A stretch of DNA of 64,000 bases, from contig NC_042998.1 of NCBI RefSeq assembly GCF_006345805.1, positions 128,898,001 to 128,962,000 of the forward strand, in the 5' to 3' direction. Position numbers and translations under genes: made by a program. Below the pieces are notes generated by a model that was not told the origin of the DNA, did no database searches, and saw nothing but the letters and a program-made list of their open reading frames with translations. This stretch comes from Octopus sinensis. Taxonomy: Eukaryota. How positions within the stretch are numbered: the first letter of the stretch is position 1; the number at the start of each line of letters is the position of its first letter. This document shows positions 52,344-64,000 of this stretch, piece by piece.

Positions 52344-53251
52344 TTAAAAAACTATAGTACATATCAATTTTGCTAGGTTGAATGGGATATTCATTCTGGT
52401 GTGTCTGGGGTGGCATGAATTGAACGGTAGATATTGCTTGAGATCCATGGGCTTATAGTATATATCTGTTTCTATTACGTTGTTAGATTTCTTAATGAGA
52501 ATATCGAGGAAAGGAAGTTGTTGATGACTATATTCCATCGTGAATTGAATGTTTACGTCAAGTCCTTTTATAAGTGCTTGGAATTCTTTAAGTTTCTCTG
52601 TATTTTCATGCCAAAGAATGAAACAGTCATCCAGGTATCTCTTCCAGTTATATTCTATGTAGAGGGAGAATGGACTGCCGTATTTTTCTAGAACCTTACG
52701 ATAAAGACTAATTTCTAGATATCCCATGACTAGGTTAGCAAAGGAGGGGGCCATTCTCGTACCCATCGCAGTCCCCGATTTTTGTCGGTAGAAGTTGTCT
52801 TTGAAGACGAAGTAGTTACTTTCCAGGATGAATTTTAGCCTTTCTGTCACGAATTCTTTTTTGATGCGATGTTGGAGTTCGTTGGCGTAATTCTCTAGCC
52901 AGAATTGAATTGCCTCTATTCCTAGGTTGTGGGGGATATTGGAATAGAGGTTGACTACATTGAAGGATAGTAGTAGGGTGCTTTTGTTTATTGTTTCAGG
53001 AAGGTGATTGAGCATATCCAGGTCGTCCCTTATATAGTTTTGACATGCTTGAAGAATGGTTTTAAGAGGGTATCTAAAAAGTTACTGAAGCGGTGGTTTT
53101 CGCATTCGGGACCTGCTATTATAGGTCTCAATTTGAGGTCATTAGGAGTAGGGACTTTGATTATTATGTCTGTGGCTATCTTGCATGCGTTACTTATTTT
53201 CTCACTTTTGAGTATCTTGAGAATACCGTAAAATTGACTGGTTTTACTCAA
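52344..53251 (-). mobile_element. Penelope-like element reverse transcriptase fragment (one frameshift near 53035)
   Basis: FYGILKILK..LRPIIAGP..SFNVVNLYSNIPH..NYFVF..YRQKSGTAMGTRMAPSFANL..WKRYLDD..LPFLDI..DIYYKP..QYLPFNSCHP: the PLE RT and thumb motif series. Confidence 0.93.
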
Positions 53252-53660
53252 GAGATTCCCAAGAATTCATTAAAAAACAGTCCCAATTACTGCTATAATC
53301 CACGACTCACTTTTAGGTCACTTCACCATTTAATACCCTACTACTATCATATTACTTACATTCCTTCTTATTCTCCCTTCTCTTTCTCCTTCTTCTTCGT
53401 CTTCTTCCTCTCCGCCACCTCCTTCCTAACTTTACCACTATTGCTATTTAGAATAACACCTACGCAAATTTTATAAAAAAACATTCAAAAGAGATGTCTC
53501 AAGAATTCAATCACTACTACCATCCACAACGGGTCACTTTCAGGACACTTGACCATTTAACATACTACTATCATGGCACCCGCATTCTTCTTCTTCTTCT
53601 TCTTCTTCTTCCCTACCAAGAATTCATAACGAAGAGTAAACAAGAGTAAACAAGAGAGAC

Positions 53661-53717
<57 letters not shown>

Positions 53718-53901
53718 AACAAGGAAAATGCCCCTTGTATTTGAATACTATGCAAATTTTCTTTTAAAAACTTTTCTTTTAATTTTTTCAAAATTTATTT
53801 GCTTTCCATACTTACAGTTGAAAACGTCTCAAAGGCTGAAACCGGTACTGAAATGTTTTTTTTTATAAAATTATTTTAGCACTTTCTACCTTGACTTTTT
53901 T

Positions 53902-53949
<48 letters not shown>

Positions 53950-54300
53950 GTATATACGTATATGCGTTTGTGTCTGTGTGTCTGTGTGCGTAATAGGATT
54001 CCTCATTTCATCCATTTCGTTCTGTTTCCTTCACACAGATACTGTTGTCATGGCTTAAATTAAATCTTAACTAACCTTTAAGTACTTAAAGATAAAGATA
54101 CCTCTACGTGTATTGCAAAGCATGTGTACCATTAAACACACACACACACACACAGAGACAAAAGCATGCATGTATCCCATGGTTATGTGAAATGAAGTAC
54201 CTATAATTATGAACATTGAAGAGAGAAACACTCGATGACACACTCGAAGCATGTTTGAATATTCATATACAAATGATTAAATAATAATAATAATAATGAT

Positions 54301-54364
<64 letters not shown>

Positions 54365-54699
54365 TAATTGTGGAACACGTAAGCACTATCCTCGTATATT
54401 GTGTCTAGTAATAGCCACTTTGATGGCGTCAATCATCTATCTTAAGAGCTATTGACTACAGTTGATAAGATACGAAGGATAAATGAAACTGAAGTGGTCA
54501 CAACCGTGAATCAAACCTACGACAAGATTTTTGCAAGCTGAATCACCTTGCAAAAATCTTGCACATCTCTATTCCTTATTTGCATTTGATTCCCGCCTCT
54601 CCTCACATACGTGCACACGTATTGCACACAGACGGGTCGAAGAAAGGATTCTATATACATCGAATGCATATATTCTATCTGTAAAGCAAGTTATCTTTC

Positions 54700-55117
<418 letters not shown>

Positions 55118-56765
55118 GTTACCCATCTATCTGTCTGTTCCTGTGTTTGTGTATATGCACACCCACCGACACACCCACGTCATTTAGTCACGATGTAAGA
55201 GCGGTACGCATGAACATTAGGGTTTCTAAGTCTGGTGGGAGAAGTAGGAGGCTATCCTCAAATCAGAGACCTGGCCAAATGCTTGAAACAAAGTAGTCTT
55301 ATCTAAAGGCACCCAAGGACCATATGATAGTAATAAACCAAGCGACAGATTATGCCGCTGTTTGTCTGTCTCTCTCTTGGATTTAAGTCCCAGCCTGTAT
55401 TTTCCAGACAGACTAACTTTGTAAAAGACGGTGGTTTAGAGCGTTGTACAAAATGCCTCGCAGTATTTGTTCTGACTCTTTGTGTCAGCACAAAAAAAGT
55501 GAGTTGCTGTTATTTATTTGCTACTGTTTGAAGGCATATTAACTCGTAGTGTGAGTCATGGCTTATCACCCTTCACCCGTTGCAATGATATAATTCTGTT
55601 ACATAAACGGGCTTTTCTCTTGTCTTTCTGGGACCCGAAATCCTAGGCAATTTGATTCCTGGGATTGTATTCTATTTCCTGGGAATTATAAAATTTATAA
55701 CAATGTTAAGGTGATCGAATGGTTCAAGAAACAATCTTTTGCAACATTTAAAGATCGTTCGCAAGGATATTTTCTCAGAAACGAGCACTAGATGAACCTC
55801 CTACGAAGAGAATCGACCAACAGAAAATATCTTTCTGTAAGGAAAAATAGACAGAAAATTATATTAAATTCAAATTAGTTGCTATTGATGGATTTCCCCC
55901 GAATGCAACAGTTAAAAGCGATTTTTTTTAAGGAAAGCTATTCTAAAGGTTTGGTTTTATTACAGAATGGTTCACATTAAACGCAGATTATTCTATGTCA
56001 ATATGATTTGAAAGAAAAAAATTGTAATTGGTGAGTTAAATGGAAGAACTATGAAAAATTTAGTATTTCTTTTGAAGATTATACATCGTTGCGTAATCGC
56101 AGATATTTGATCGTAAATGTATTTATGACCTGTTAAAATTTGGAATTTAGAAATGATCAGAATTTATGGAGGTGTACCTACCAAAAAAATATCATTTGAA
56201 GCAAAACTTACTATATTCAACCTTGACTTGGAAAAAATATATATAGTTATAGTGGCAACTGATGGAGCAAGTGTCATGTTCAAATTCGGCAACAATATGA
56301 ATTATGTTATGCACATGGATTTCATTTGACTGTGGTGTTGCTTACAAGAAAATTGAATCTAATTGTGATGAATATAATTTAGATAATGGTACTTGTAATC
56401 ACAAGGACCTACTTGAAGGTACATTCGAGGATGATCATTAGAATTTAGATTCTGCAGTTGTGAATGTGGTTAATAACACTGGTCAACAGCCAATTTTCAC
56501 CAGGGATATTATATGGTGTTTTATATGTAGTTTTGTCCGTAGATTTCAAACATGTAATTTTCCTTCTATCAGGCACAGTTTTTTTGATGAACTCCCATCA
56601 GCAGTATCGCTTCACGTAAACGTCTTATACAGGTAAATTCTGACTTCTGTTATATAACTATTTGTATTTATTTTGTAATTTTATGTTTTCATAATCTTTT
56701 CTTTTTATAAATTTTACTTTCTGTTTAATGTGCCAAGTCATCATCATCATCAAATTCTACTCAGG

Positions 56766-58446
56766 ATGTCAAGGCATAGCAAGAAGAGTCCTGATATATT
56801 TTGTCATGTCTGTGGTTCATTTACCACCAAAGCTCAGCAACGTGCCATCACAAGTGAAATCAAGAAGATCTACCATTTATACTTTGGCTGCTCTCTTGGG
56901 GATCAAGATAAGAATTGGGCTCTGCACATCATCTGCTCAGCTTGTTCAAATGGCATAAGGGGTTGGCTAAATAAGAGGAAGAGAGCAATGCCATTTGAAA
57001 TACCTATGATATGGAGAGAGCCAAAGGATCATTTCATGGACTGTTATTTCTGCAACGTTAATGTATGCGGGTTTACTGTAAAGACCAAGCATAAGATTGT
57101 GTATCTCAACTTGGAATCAGCAAGAAAACCAGTACCACACAACGATGATGATCTTCCCATTCCAATACCACCAGAAAATAGCCTTCAGATGTCTGACGAA
57201 GATGTATTTCCTGAAGAAAATACTACCACTGTGGAAGACACCGAAGTGGATGCAGATTTCAGGATTGAAAATGAAGACGTACCACAGAAATTTTCTCAAG
57301 GAGAATTAAAGGATTTAGTTAGACTTGTCATTGTTGAAGGATAAAACTAAACTATTAGCGTCTCGCCTACAAGAAAAGTGTCTGCTTCAGAAAGATGTTT
57401 GTATTACTCATTTTAGGAAGAGAAATAGGGATCTGACTTCATGCTTCTCTGTTGATGGACTACTTTGTTTCAGTAATAACAGTGATGAGTTATTTCGCTC
57501 TTAGTTCCAAGAGCATAATCCAGCTGAATGGCGCTTATTCATTGATTCATCTAACAGAAGCCTCAATGTAGTACTACTACACAACGGCAATAAGAAACCA
57601 TCTATTCCCATAGGACATTCAGTGCACATGAAGGAGTGTTATGAAAACATGCAAGTACTCCTCAATGCCATAAAGTATACAAAATACAGTTGGAAAATAT
57701 GTGGAGACTTGAAGGTGATTGGAATGTTGATGGGAATGCAATCTGGATTCACGAAATATTGTTGCTTTTTATGCCTTATGGGACAGTCGTGCAACTAACA
57801 AGCACTATGTGCAATCAGAGTGGCCTTTGCGAAAATCATATGAGCCGAGAGTTTCTAGCGTCCAGAATAAGCCACTTTTAAACCCAGAAACTGTTCTTCT
57901 TCCCCTTCTTCACATAAAGCATGGCCTCACGAAACAATTCATGAAGCCACTTTCCAGGAAAAGCTCAAAAGGTTTTGAATATGTGAAGGCCAAATTTCCA
58001 AAAATCACTGAGGCAAGACTGAAGGAGGGCGTATTCATAGGTCCCTAGTTAAAAGAACTCCTGAAGGACAACCACTTCATCACAGCACTAGATGAGATTG
58101 AGCTTAAAGCCTGGGAAACCTTTAAATGACTCTGTGAAAATTTCCTAGGCAACAAGAGATCTCTAGAGTTTAGAAATGGAGTGTGTTTTCTAGTCTCCTA
58201 CGCTGCAATGTGCTGTCGGATGTCCCTAAAAGTCCACTTTCTTGATTCACATCAGGAATGTTTTGCAGATAACCTGGAGCAGTGTCTGATGAGCAAGGGG
58301 AACGCTTTCATCAAGATATTGCATCGATGGAACAACGCTATCAAGGGTTTTGGAATTCAGGAATGTTAGATGACTACTGTTGGATGCTATACAGGGATGA
58401 ACCTGAGACAAAACACCATAGAAAGTCCAAATCTCAAAGATTTTAA
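56766..58446 (+). pseudogene. Chapaev3 transposase, disrupted by several stops and frameshifts
   Basis: PDIFCHVCG..YFGCSLGDQDKNW..WREPKDHFMDCYFC; WRLFIDSS; CGDLKV..KYCCFLC; LHIKHGL; SDEQGERFHQDI..RYQGFW..DYCW. Confidence 0.9.
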
Positions 58447-58605
58447 ATTGTTATGCATTTGAGTGTATTCTAACTTATTTGTACATAATAATTTTAATTT
58501 TGTACAATAAAAAGCCATGAAATTATCGTATTTTATATTCAATATACTTTATATAGACATGCTTTACGTATCCTATAAGTTAAAACAGCAGGTATCATTA
58601 ACATG

Positions 58606-58830
58606 GCGAGCTGGCAGAAACGTTAGCACGCCGGGCGAAATGCTTAGCGGTATTTCGTCTGCGTTACGTTGTGAGTTCAAATTCCGCCGAGGTCGACTTT
58701 GCCTTTCATCCTTTCGGGGTCTATAAATTAAGTACCAGTTACGAACTGGGGTCGATGTAATCGACTTAATACCTATGTCTGTCCTTGTTTGTCCCCTCTG
58801 TGTTTAGCCCCTTGTGGGTAATAAAGAAAT
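58606..58830 (+). mobile_element. SINE family A inserted in the Chapaev3 element
   Basis: 16-bp TSD AGGTATCATTAACATG at 58590-58605 and 58831-58846. Confidence 0.95.
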
Positions 58831-60443
58831 AGGTATCATTAACATGAAAATGTGACCTGATAGAGGAAATTGGGCTTCATATTCGTAATCAGCATAAAAA
58901 ATTAACCCAGAAAAGCCAATCAGCAACTCTAATGATTAAAAAAGTTTCATTTTGTTGACCAGTGTATTTAAGGTGATCTGCAACAAATTGAACTTAATAA
59001 AATAGCTCCTATTGTAGAGGGCATTTTCATTGAAGAAACTGCGAGCTATGCCATTATCATTAAAAGAGTGTCAGTTCTTTTTATGTTTCCAACAAATCAT
59101 TGAATGTTAAAACAGCATGAACTGCAATTAATCAATGGAAATAAGACAATATGGAATAGTTTATCTGTAATGTTAGAAAGCTCTTGTTGCTTAAAAATTC
59201 TATTGCAAAACGTGTTAGGAAAAATATAAGGGAACTCCCCAACTTGTCAGACAAAGAAATTGATGCTATTTGTGGTGTTGTTATTAACAATGGAGCCAAT
59301 TAAAACTGGAATTGAAGACCTTGGTCGAAAGGATGCAGCACCTGGATTTCTGTAGATGTATTTTCTTTTCATTCTAGAAGAATTTAATCGACAAAAAGCT
59401 TCTCTTGCTGAGAGAATGTGTTAAAAAAGAAAGAAAAAGAAAAAAGAATTCAAACAGCAAAGGAGTAAAAACATCTTTCTTGTTTGGCGAAGATTTCAAA
59501 TAATTGTCTTTTAATTTGAGATGCATTCGATTCTCCAGAAAACCTCCTTGCAAAATATTATAAAGAAAACTATACGTAAAGAGTGATCATTAATTTGCCA
59601 TAAGAATCCTATATTTCCGATTCTGAATCTGAACTCATGATAATTGAAGTATCCCTTATTTCAAAAGAAATGTCCCAACGGAATGTCTCTTCTTCAGAGA
59701 TTAAACGCTATCATTAACAAAGCGGTTGAAAACGATCAAGAAAGTATTCAGTCATTTTGTTAACAAAGATGATATAAGGAAAATGTCTGAAATTACTGGA
59801 CATAGAAGTGTTAACATTCAGAACGGATCCTTGCACTTAATACTATCTTTCCTAATTCCATTGAAAGTCTTTTCTGCACTGCAGCTCTCTCTCTTTCTCA
59901 TAAAATTGTGATCGAGTTTGCACAATAACAACGTTACCAAAATATGCTTCTTGAGAGATTAATAACAATCAATTTGGTTGAAATATTTTTAGTGCCAAGT
60001 ATAACATATATTTAATACTTTTATGGTTTTATATTCCCGATTTCTTAGAAGTGGCGAGTTCCAGGTAAATAAAGATATCCTAATATGTGGTTTACACGTG
60101 ACCTGGATTAGCCAATGAAATAGTTATTTCGAACATTTTTTTTGCTATGGGATTACATTATGTAATGTATCATGATCTTTTTAAAACGGAATTTTCGTCA
60201 TGATCATCATCGTGATTATGATCATCGTCGCCGTCGTTATCATCATCAAGATACCTTTATTCATATAAGCATATACATCATCATCATCATCAACAAACTT
60301 CACTTTTGGGAGTGTGGGTGGTTCTTCTGAGCTCTATGGAGGTTTAGTCATGTTAGCAGAGCTGTCTGTTATTTTTGACGGTATAGAGACCTCAGTCATT
60401 GTGAGTGAGCGTTAGTTTCCCACGTTTTTCTCACAGAGAGAGA

Positions 60444-60508
<65 letters not shown>

Positions 60509-60727
60509 TGAGGGAGAAATAAAGAACATAGAAGAAACCACCTAGTACATAAATGATAGGCAAAATTGACCTGAATTTGAACTCAGAGTAGAGAGAGAAA
60601 GAACAAATATCGTTCGGCATTCAATTCGACACTCTATCGACTCTTACAAAAATAAACAGAGATGTGTAGCAACATCTGATAGCCTAGTCGGTCACGGTGA
60701 TCACAGTGATATACGACCAATGGTCAC

Positions 60728-60788
<61 letters not shown>

Positions 60789-60790
<2 letters not shown>

Positions 60791-60980
60791 GAGAATTCAC
60801 AAAAACACAAAAGACGAAGACAGGTCAGTACAATACAAACAGATGTATTAGTATAACGCTCGGGAATTGAAAAAGTCTTTAACGTTTCGAGCCTACGCTC
60901 TTCCACAGAAAGGAACACAGAAAGAAACAAGGAAAGAAAAAAATGTGTGTAGTGGCAAGCGATCTATCATGGCGAATGAT
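60789..60980 (-). mobile_element. Penelope-like terminal repeat with a hammerhead-like core
   Basis: Minus strand CTTTCTGTGGAAGAGCGTAGGCTCGAAACGTTAAAG; bounded by microsatellites. Confidence 0.5.
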
Positions 60981-61138
60981 ATATATATATATATTGTTGA
61001 CATATATTTTTGACATCATAAAAATTTATGAAACATCCGCGAGAATGTGGACTTCATTCTTTTCGACTTTTTCTATCCCAAAAGGGTTTTCCAATCCAAT
61101 ATTTACATGGTATTATTTACAGTTTTATATGCACTTCG

Positions 61139-61181
<43 letters not shown>

Positions 61182-61255
61182 ATATACATACATAATATAA
61201 ATAATATATATATATTCATATATACATACGTACATGTGCATAATTACATCTATGC

Positions 61256-61291
<36 letters not shown>

Positions 61292-61545
61292 TCTTTACTC
61301 TTTTACTTGTTTTAGTCATTTGACTGTGGCCATTCTAGAGCACCGCCTTTAGTCGAGCAAATGAACTCCATGACTTATTGTTTGTAAGCCTAGTACTCAT
61401 TCTATCGGTCTCTTTTGCCGAACCGCTAGGTTACAGGGACGTAAACACACCAGCATCGGTTATGAAGCGATGTTGGGGGGTCAAACACAGACACACAAAC
61501 ACACACACGCACACACAAACACACACACACACACACACACACACA
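61292..61545 (-). mobile_element. SINE family B, 3' half
   Basis: Matches 37277-37490. Confidence 0.88.
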
Positions 61546-61555
61546 TACGACCAGT

Positions 61556-61870
61556 TGAGGCGCAATGGCCCAGTGGTTAGGGCAGCGGACTCGCAGTTGT
61601 AGGATCGCGGTTTCGATTCCCAGACCGGGCGTTGTGAGTATTTATCGAGCGAAAACACCTAAAGCTCCACGTGGCTCCGGCAATGGGGTGGTGGTGGCGA
61701 TCCCTGCTGTACACTTTAGCCACAACTTTCTCTCACTCTTTCTTCTGTTGGCCTGCTCAATTAGACAGCTGGGTGGCGTTATTTGAAGGCTAAAACAATG
61801 CGAAGCGCATTGTGACCAGAGATGTGTAGCAACATCTGATAGCCTAGTCGGTCACGGTGATCACAGTGAT
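61556..61870 (+). mobile_element. tRNA-derived SINE (family E)
   Basis: A box TGGCCCAGTGG, B box GTTTCGATTCC; probable TSD ATACGACCA. Confidence 0.8.
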
Positions 61871-61889
61871 ATACGACCAATGTTGCTAG

Positions 61890-62284
61890 AACCTCGAAAG
61901 AACGGGCATTAAGAGAACCTAGACAAAAGCTAAAACAGCCAAAATAGCTAACAGCAATTTTACCCTCGTTTTGGTCTAACGACCATCCATGTTTGTTTTC
62001 GTTCGGTTTCCTTGTATATCCCCACTGTCCTGTTTTTGTTCCCAACTGTGACCCTCCATAAAACCCAAATTTTATTTTGTCACTTATGGGGGCAACTGTC
62101 TACAAAGACACATATTGTCGTTCAATGCTCGAAATGAGGAGTTGATAGATAGCCTACAACTAATGAAGGGTCGTTCTTTATGTTACATGTCCTGTTTTCC
62201 TTATGTTTCTCTCGTTGTTTGTGTATTGAACTCATTTGTTTTCATATTTCATGTTATTTACTGTTGGTGACGTCCTGTACCCAT
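61890..62284 (+). mobile_element. Penelope-like terminal region (same family as 22900-23500)
   Basis: Colinear homology to ~23220-23500. Confidence 0.65.
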
Positions 62285-62325
62285 ATATATATATATATAT
62301 ATATAATATATATATATTATATATA

Positions 62326-63011
62326 CTAGCAGCTAAGCACGGTCGGTTTGGATGATGTAGCTGTAAAACCTGCCCTGGGTAAGCATTCGACTTGTTTGGA
62401 CACACATTAAAAAACTATTTTAGAATGACTTTTTTCTGCCAAAATGCAAAAAAAACTGATCAGTAAAAAAAGAGAAACAACCAAGATTCAACCAAATCAA
62501 AAAATAAACCCAAATACTAAGCGAACAAAGATGAACCATCCCACATCCATTGCGTGAGCACACGCACGCACACACACACACACATTCACATACCCCACAG
62601 ATATATTCACACAGAGTTGAAACGCTGTTTGATTTATTTTTTAGCGTACAATTTTCATCACTACCAAGTACAACATCATCCCTTCCTTCCTTATTCATCC
62701 ATCACCTTTCCTTTCTCATTCAAAAAACAAGAGTATTATTGTAGTAGATTATCTCGGTAACCATGGGAGCTATGAAAAAATATGACATCACGCCTTCTTT
62801 CCTTATTCATCTATCACCACTTCCTTTCTCATTCATAAACACAAGAGTATTATTATAGTAGATTACCTCGGTAACTATGAGAGCTATGAAAAAATACAAA
62901 ACCCAGCACCACCACCGGATCATTCTACACATGTGTAATTTTTCGCGCAATTCCACCCAGCCGTTTGGCCGTGAATCCCAAGACAATAACGAATCGCCCA
63001 TGTCAAATCTT

Positions 63012-63020
<9 letters not shown>
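62326..63020 (-). mobile_element. Non-autonomous Helitron-like element with an internal ~105-bp direct repeat
   Basis: CTAG terminus in (AT)n at 62326-62329; repeat 62686-62781 / 62799-62896; other end approximate. Confidence 0.6.
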
Positions 63021-63091
<71 letters not shown>

Positions 63092-63192
63092 TGGAGTAAA
63101 CACATAAATGTGAAACAAGGTGCAAAAAAGAGTACTCAAATACCAGGGGTAGAGTAATATGCTTTTAAATAAAGTATATATATATATATATA

Positions 63193-63715
63193 TCTATATA
63201 TATATATATATAAAACTGTAGTTGTGTGAGTGTCTGTCTCCTACGATTTAGATTCCTAACTCCTCCCACATTTTGCGGTGCAGTTTAACCAAATTCAGGT
63301 ATCTTATAGTCGTGATTAATATCGAGCCCGTCTGGCTATTAGCGCGCGTCTACGATGAGTCTACGATTTTAAAAATAATTTAACATCATTTTTTATTCCA
63401 TTTTAATGCTAATTTTTCGTGTGTCGATGGCGGCGGAGTTGGCGTCCACGCTCAAACACTGCACCTGTGTTTGCTTCTCCCCCTTCTTCTCTCCCTCGTG
63501 AAGCTGTGGGGAAGGGAGTTTAAGGAAATCAACGTCGTAATGCGTTGTCAAGGAGACCAGCGTTCTTTTAGAACAACGACTTCATGGCTTGAAGATACCA
63601 AAACAGAAATGGCTAAGAAAGCCCGAATTGGCATCTATAAAGGAAGTAACTCTCTAAAAATGCTTATATAGTTATTTCCCTTACAAATCTGAGCAACGCC
63701 GGGCGATACTGCTAG
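63193..63715 (+). mobile_element. Non-autonomous Helitron
   Basis: A|TC start; 3' imperfect hairpin CTGAGCAACGCCGGG; CTAG|T end; no TSD. Confidence 0.88.
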
Positions 63716-63804
63716 TATACATATAAATATATATGCACATATATAGGCATATATATACATGTGTATATATACATATATTCACACACCCACAAGCACGCAT
63801 ATAT

Positions 63805-63966
63805 ATGACAGGCCTCCACACAGTTTCTGTCTACCAAATTCATTCTCAGGGTATTGGTCAGCCCGGGGTTATAATAAAAGGCACTTCTTGCCTAAGGTGC
63901 CGCACAGTAGGACTGAAATCCCAAACCACATGGAGACAAATGGTGCTTCTAAGCCACACAGCCATG
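63805..63966 (-). mobile_element. SINE family B head, decayed
   Basis: CAGTTTCTGTCTACCAAATTCA..TTGCCTAAGGTGCCGCACAGTAGGACTGAA..CCACACAGCCA. Confidence 0.75.
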
Positions 63967-64000
63967 CTTAGGACTATATACACACATATACCACATATAC

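Larger units (their letters stand above)
56477..58964 (+). mobile_element. Full-length Chapaev3 (CMC superfamily) DNA transposon
   Basis: TIRs CACTGGTCAACA / TGTTGACCAGTG; flanks TAA / TAT; transposase pseudogene inside. Confidence 0.88.
55610..60082 (+). mobile_element. Old hAT (hATm-like) transposon split by a Chapaev3 insertion
   Basis: Left part: KFSISFEDYTSLRNRRYLIVNV, ATDGASVMFKFG, LCYAHGFHLTV. Right part: KTIWNSLSVMLE, MEPIKTGIEDL, and a dimerisation-domain-like end (..RSSLHNNNVTKICFLRD*). Outer ends approximate. Confidence 0.75.

Overview
AT-rich, microsatellite-dense animal genomic DNA, very probably an octopus (inferred from the tRNA-derived SINE families and repeat landscape). The only host gene I can support is the 3' end of a B4GALT7 orthologue (xylosylprotein beta-1,4-galactosyltransferase; exons 11013-11117 and 12667-12852, + strand), in a visibly CpG-depleted first ~16 kb. 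The rest is a mosaic of transposon relics: four or more SINE families, RTE, CR1/L2, R4/Dong and Penelope-like retroelements, Helitrons, MITEs, Tigger and hAT remnants, and a full-length but disrupted Chapaev3 element nested in a hAT. The most interesting signal is at 31.9-32.8 kb: a 354-bp circularly permuted non-coding unit carrying a well-formed type I hammerhead ribozyme (retrozyme or Penelope pseudo-LTR like), preceded by fold-back copies of itself. Several other Penelope-like termini carry variant or decayed hammerhead cores. Most ORFs in the supplied track are microsatellite artefacts. All family assignments come from motif recognition by eye, not database searches.
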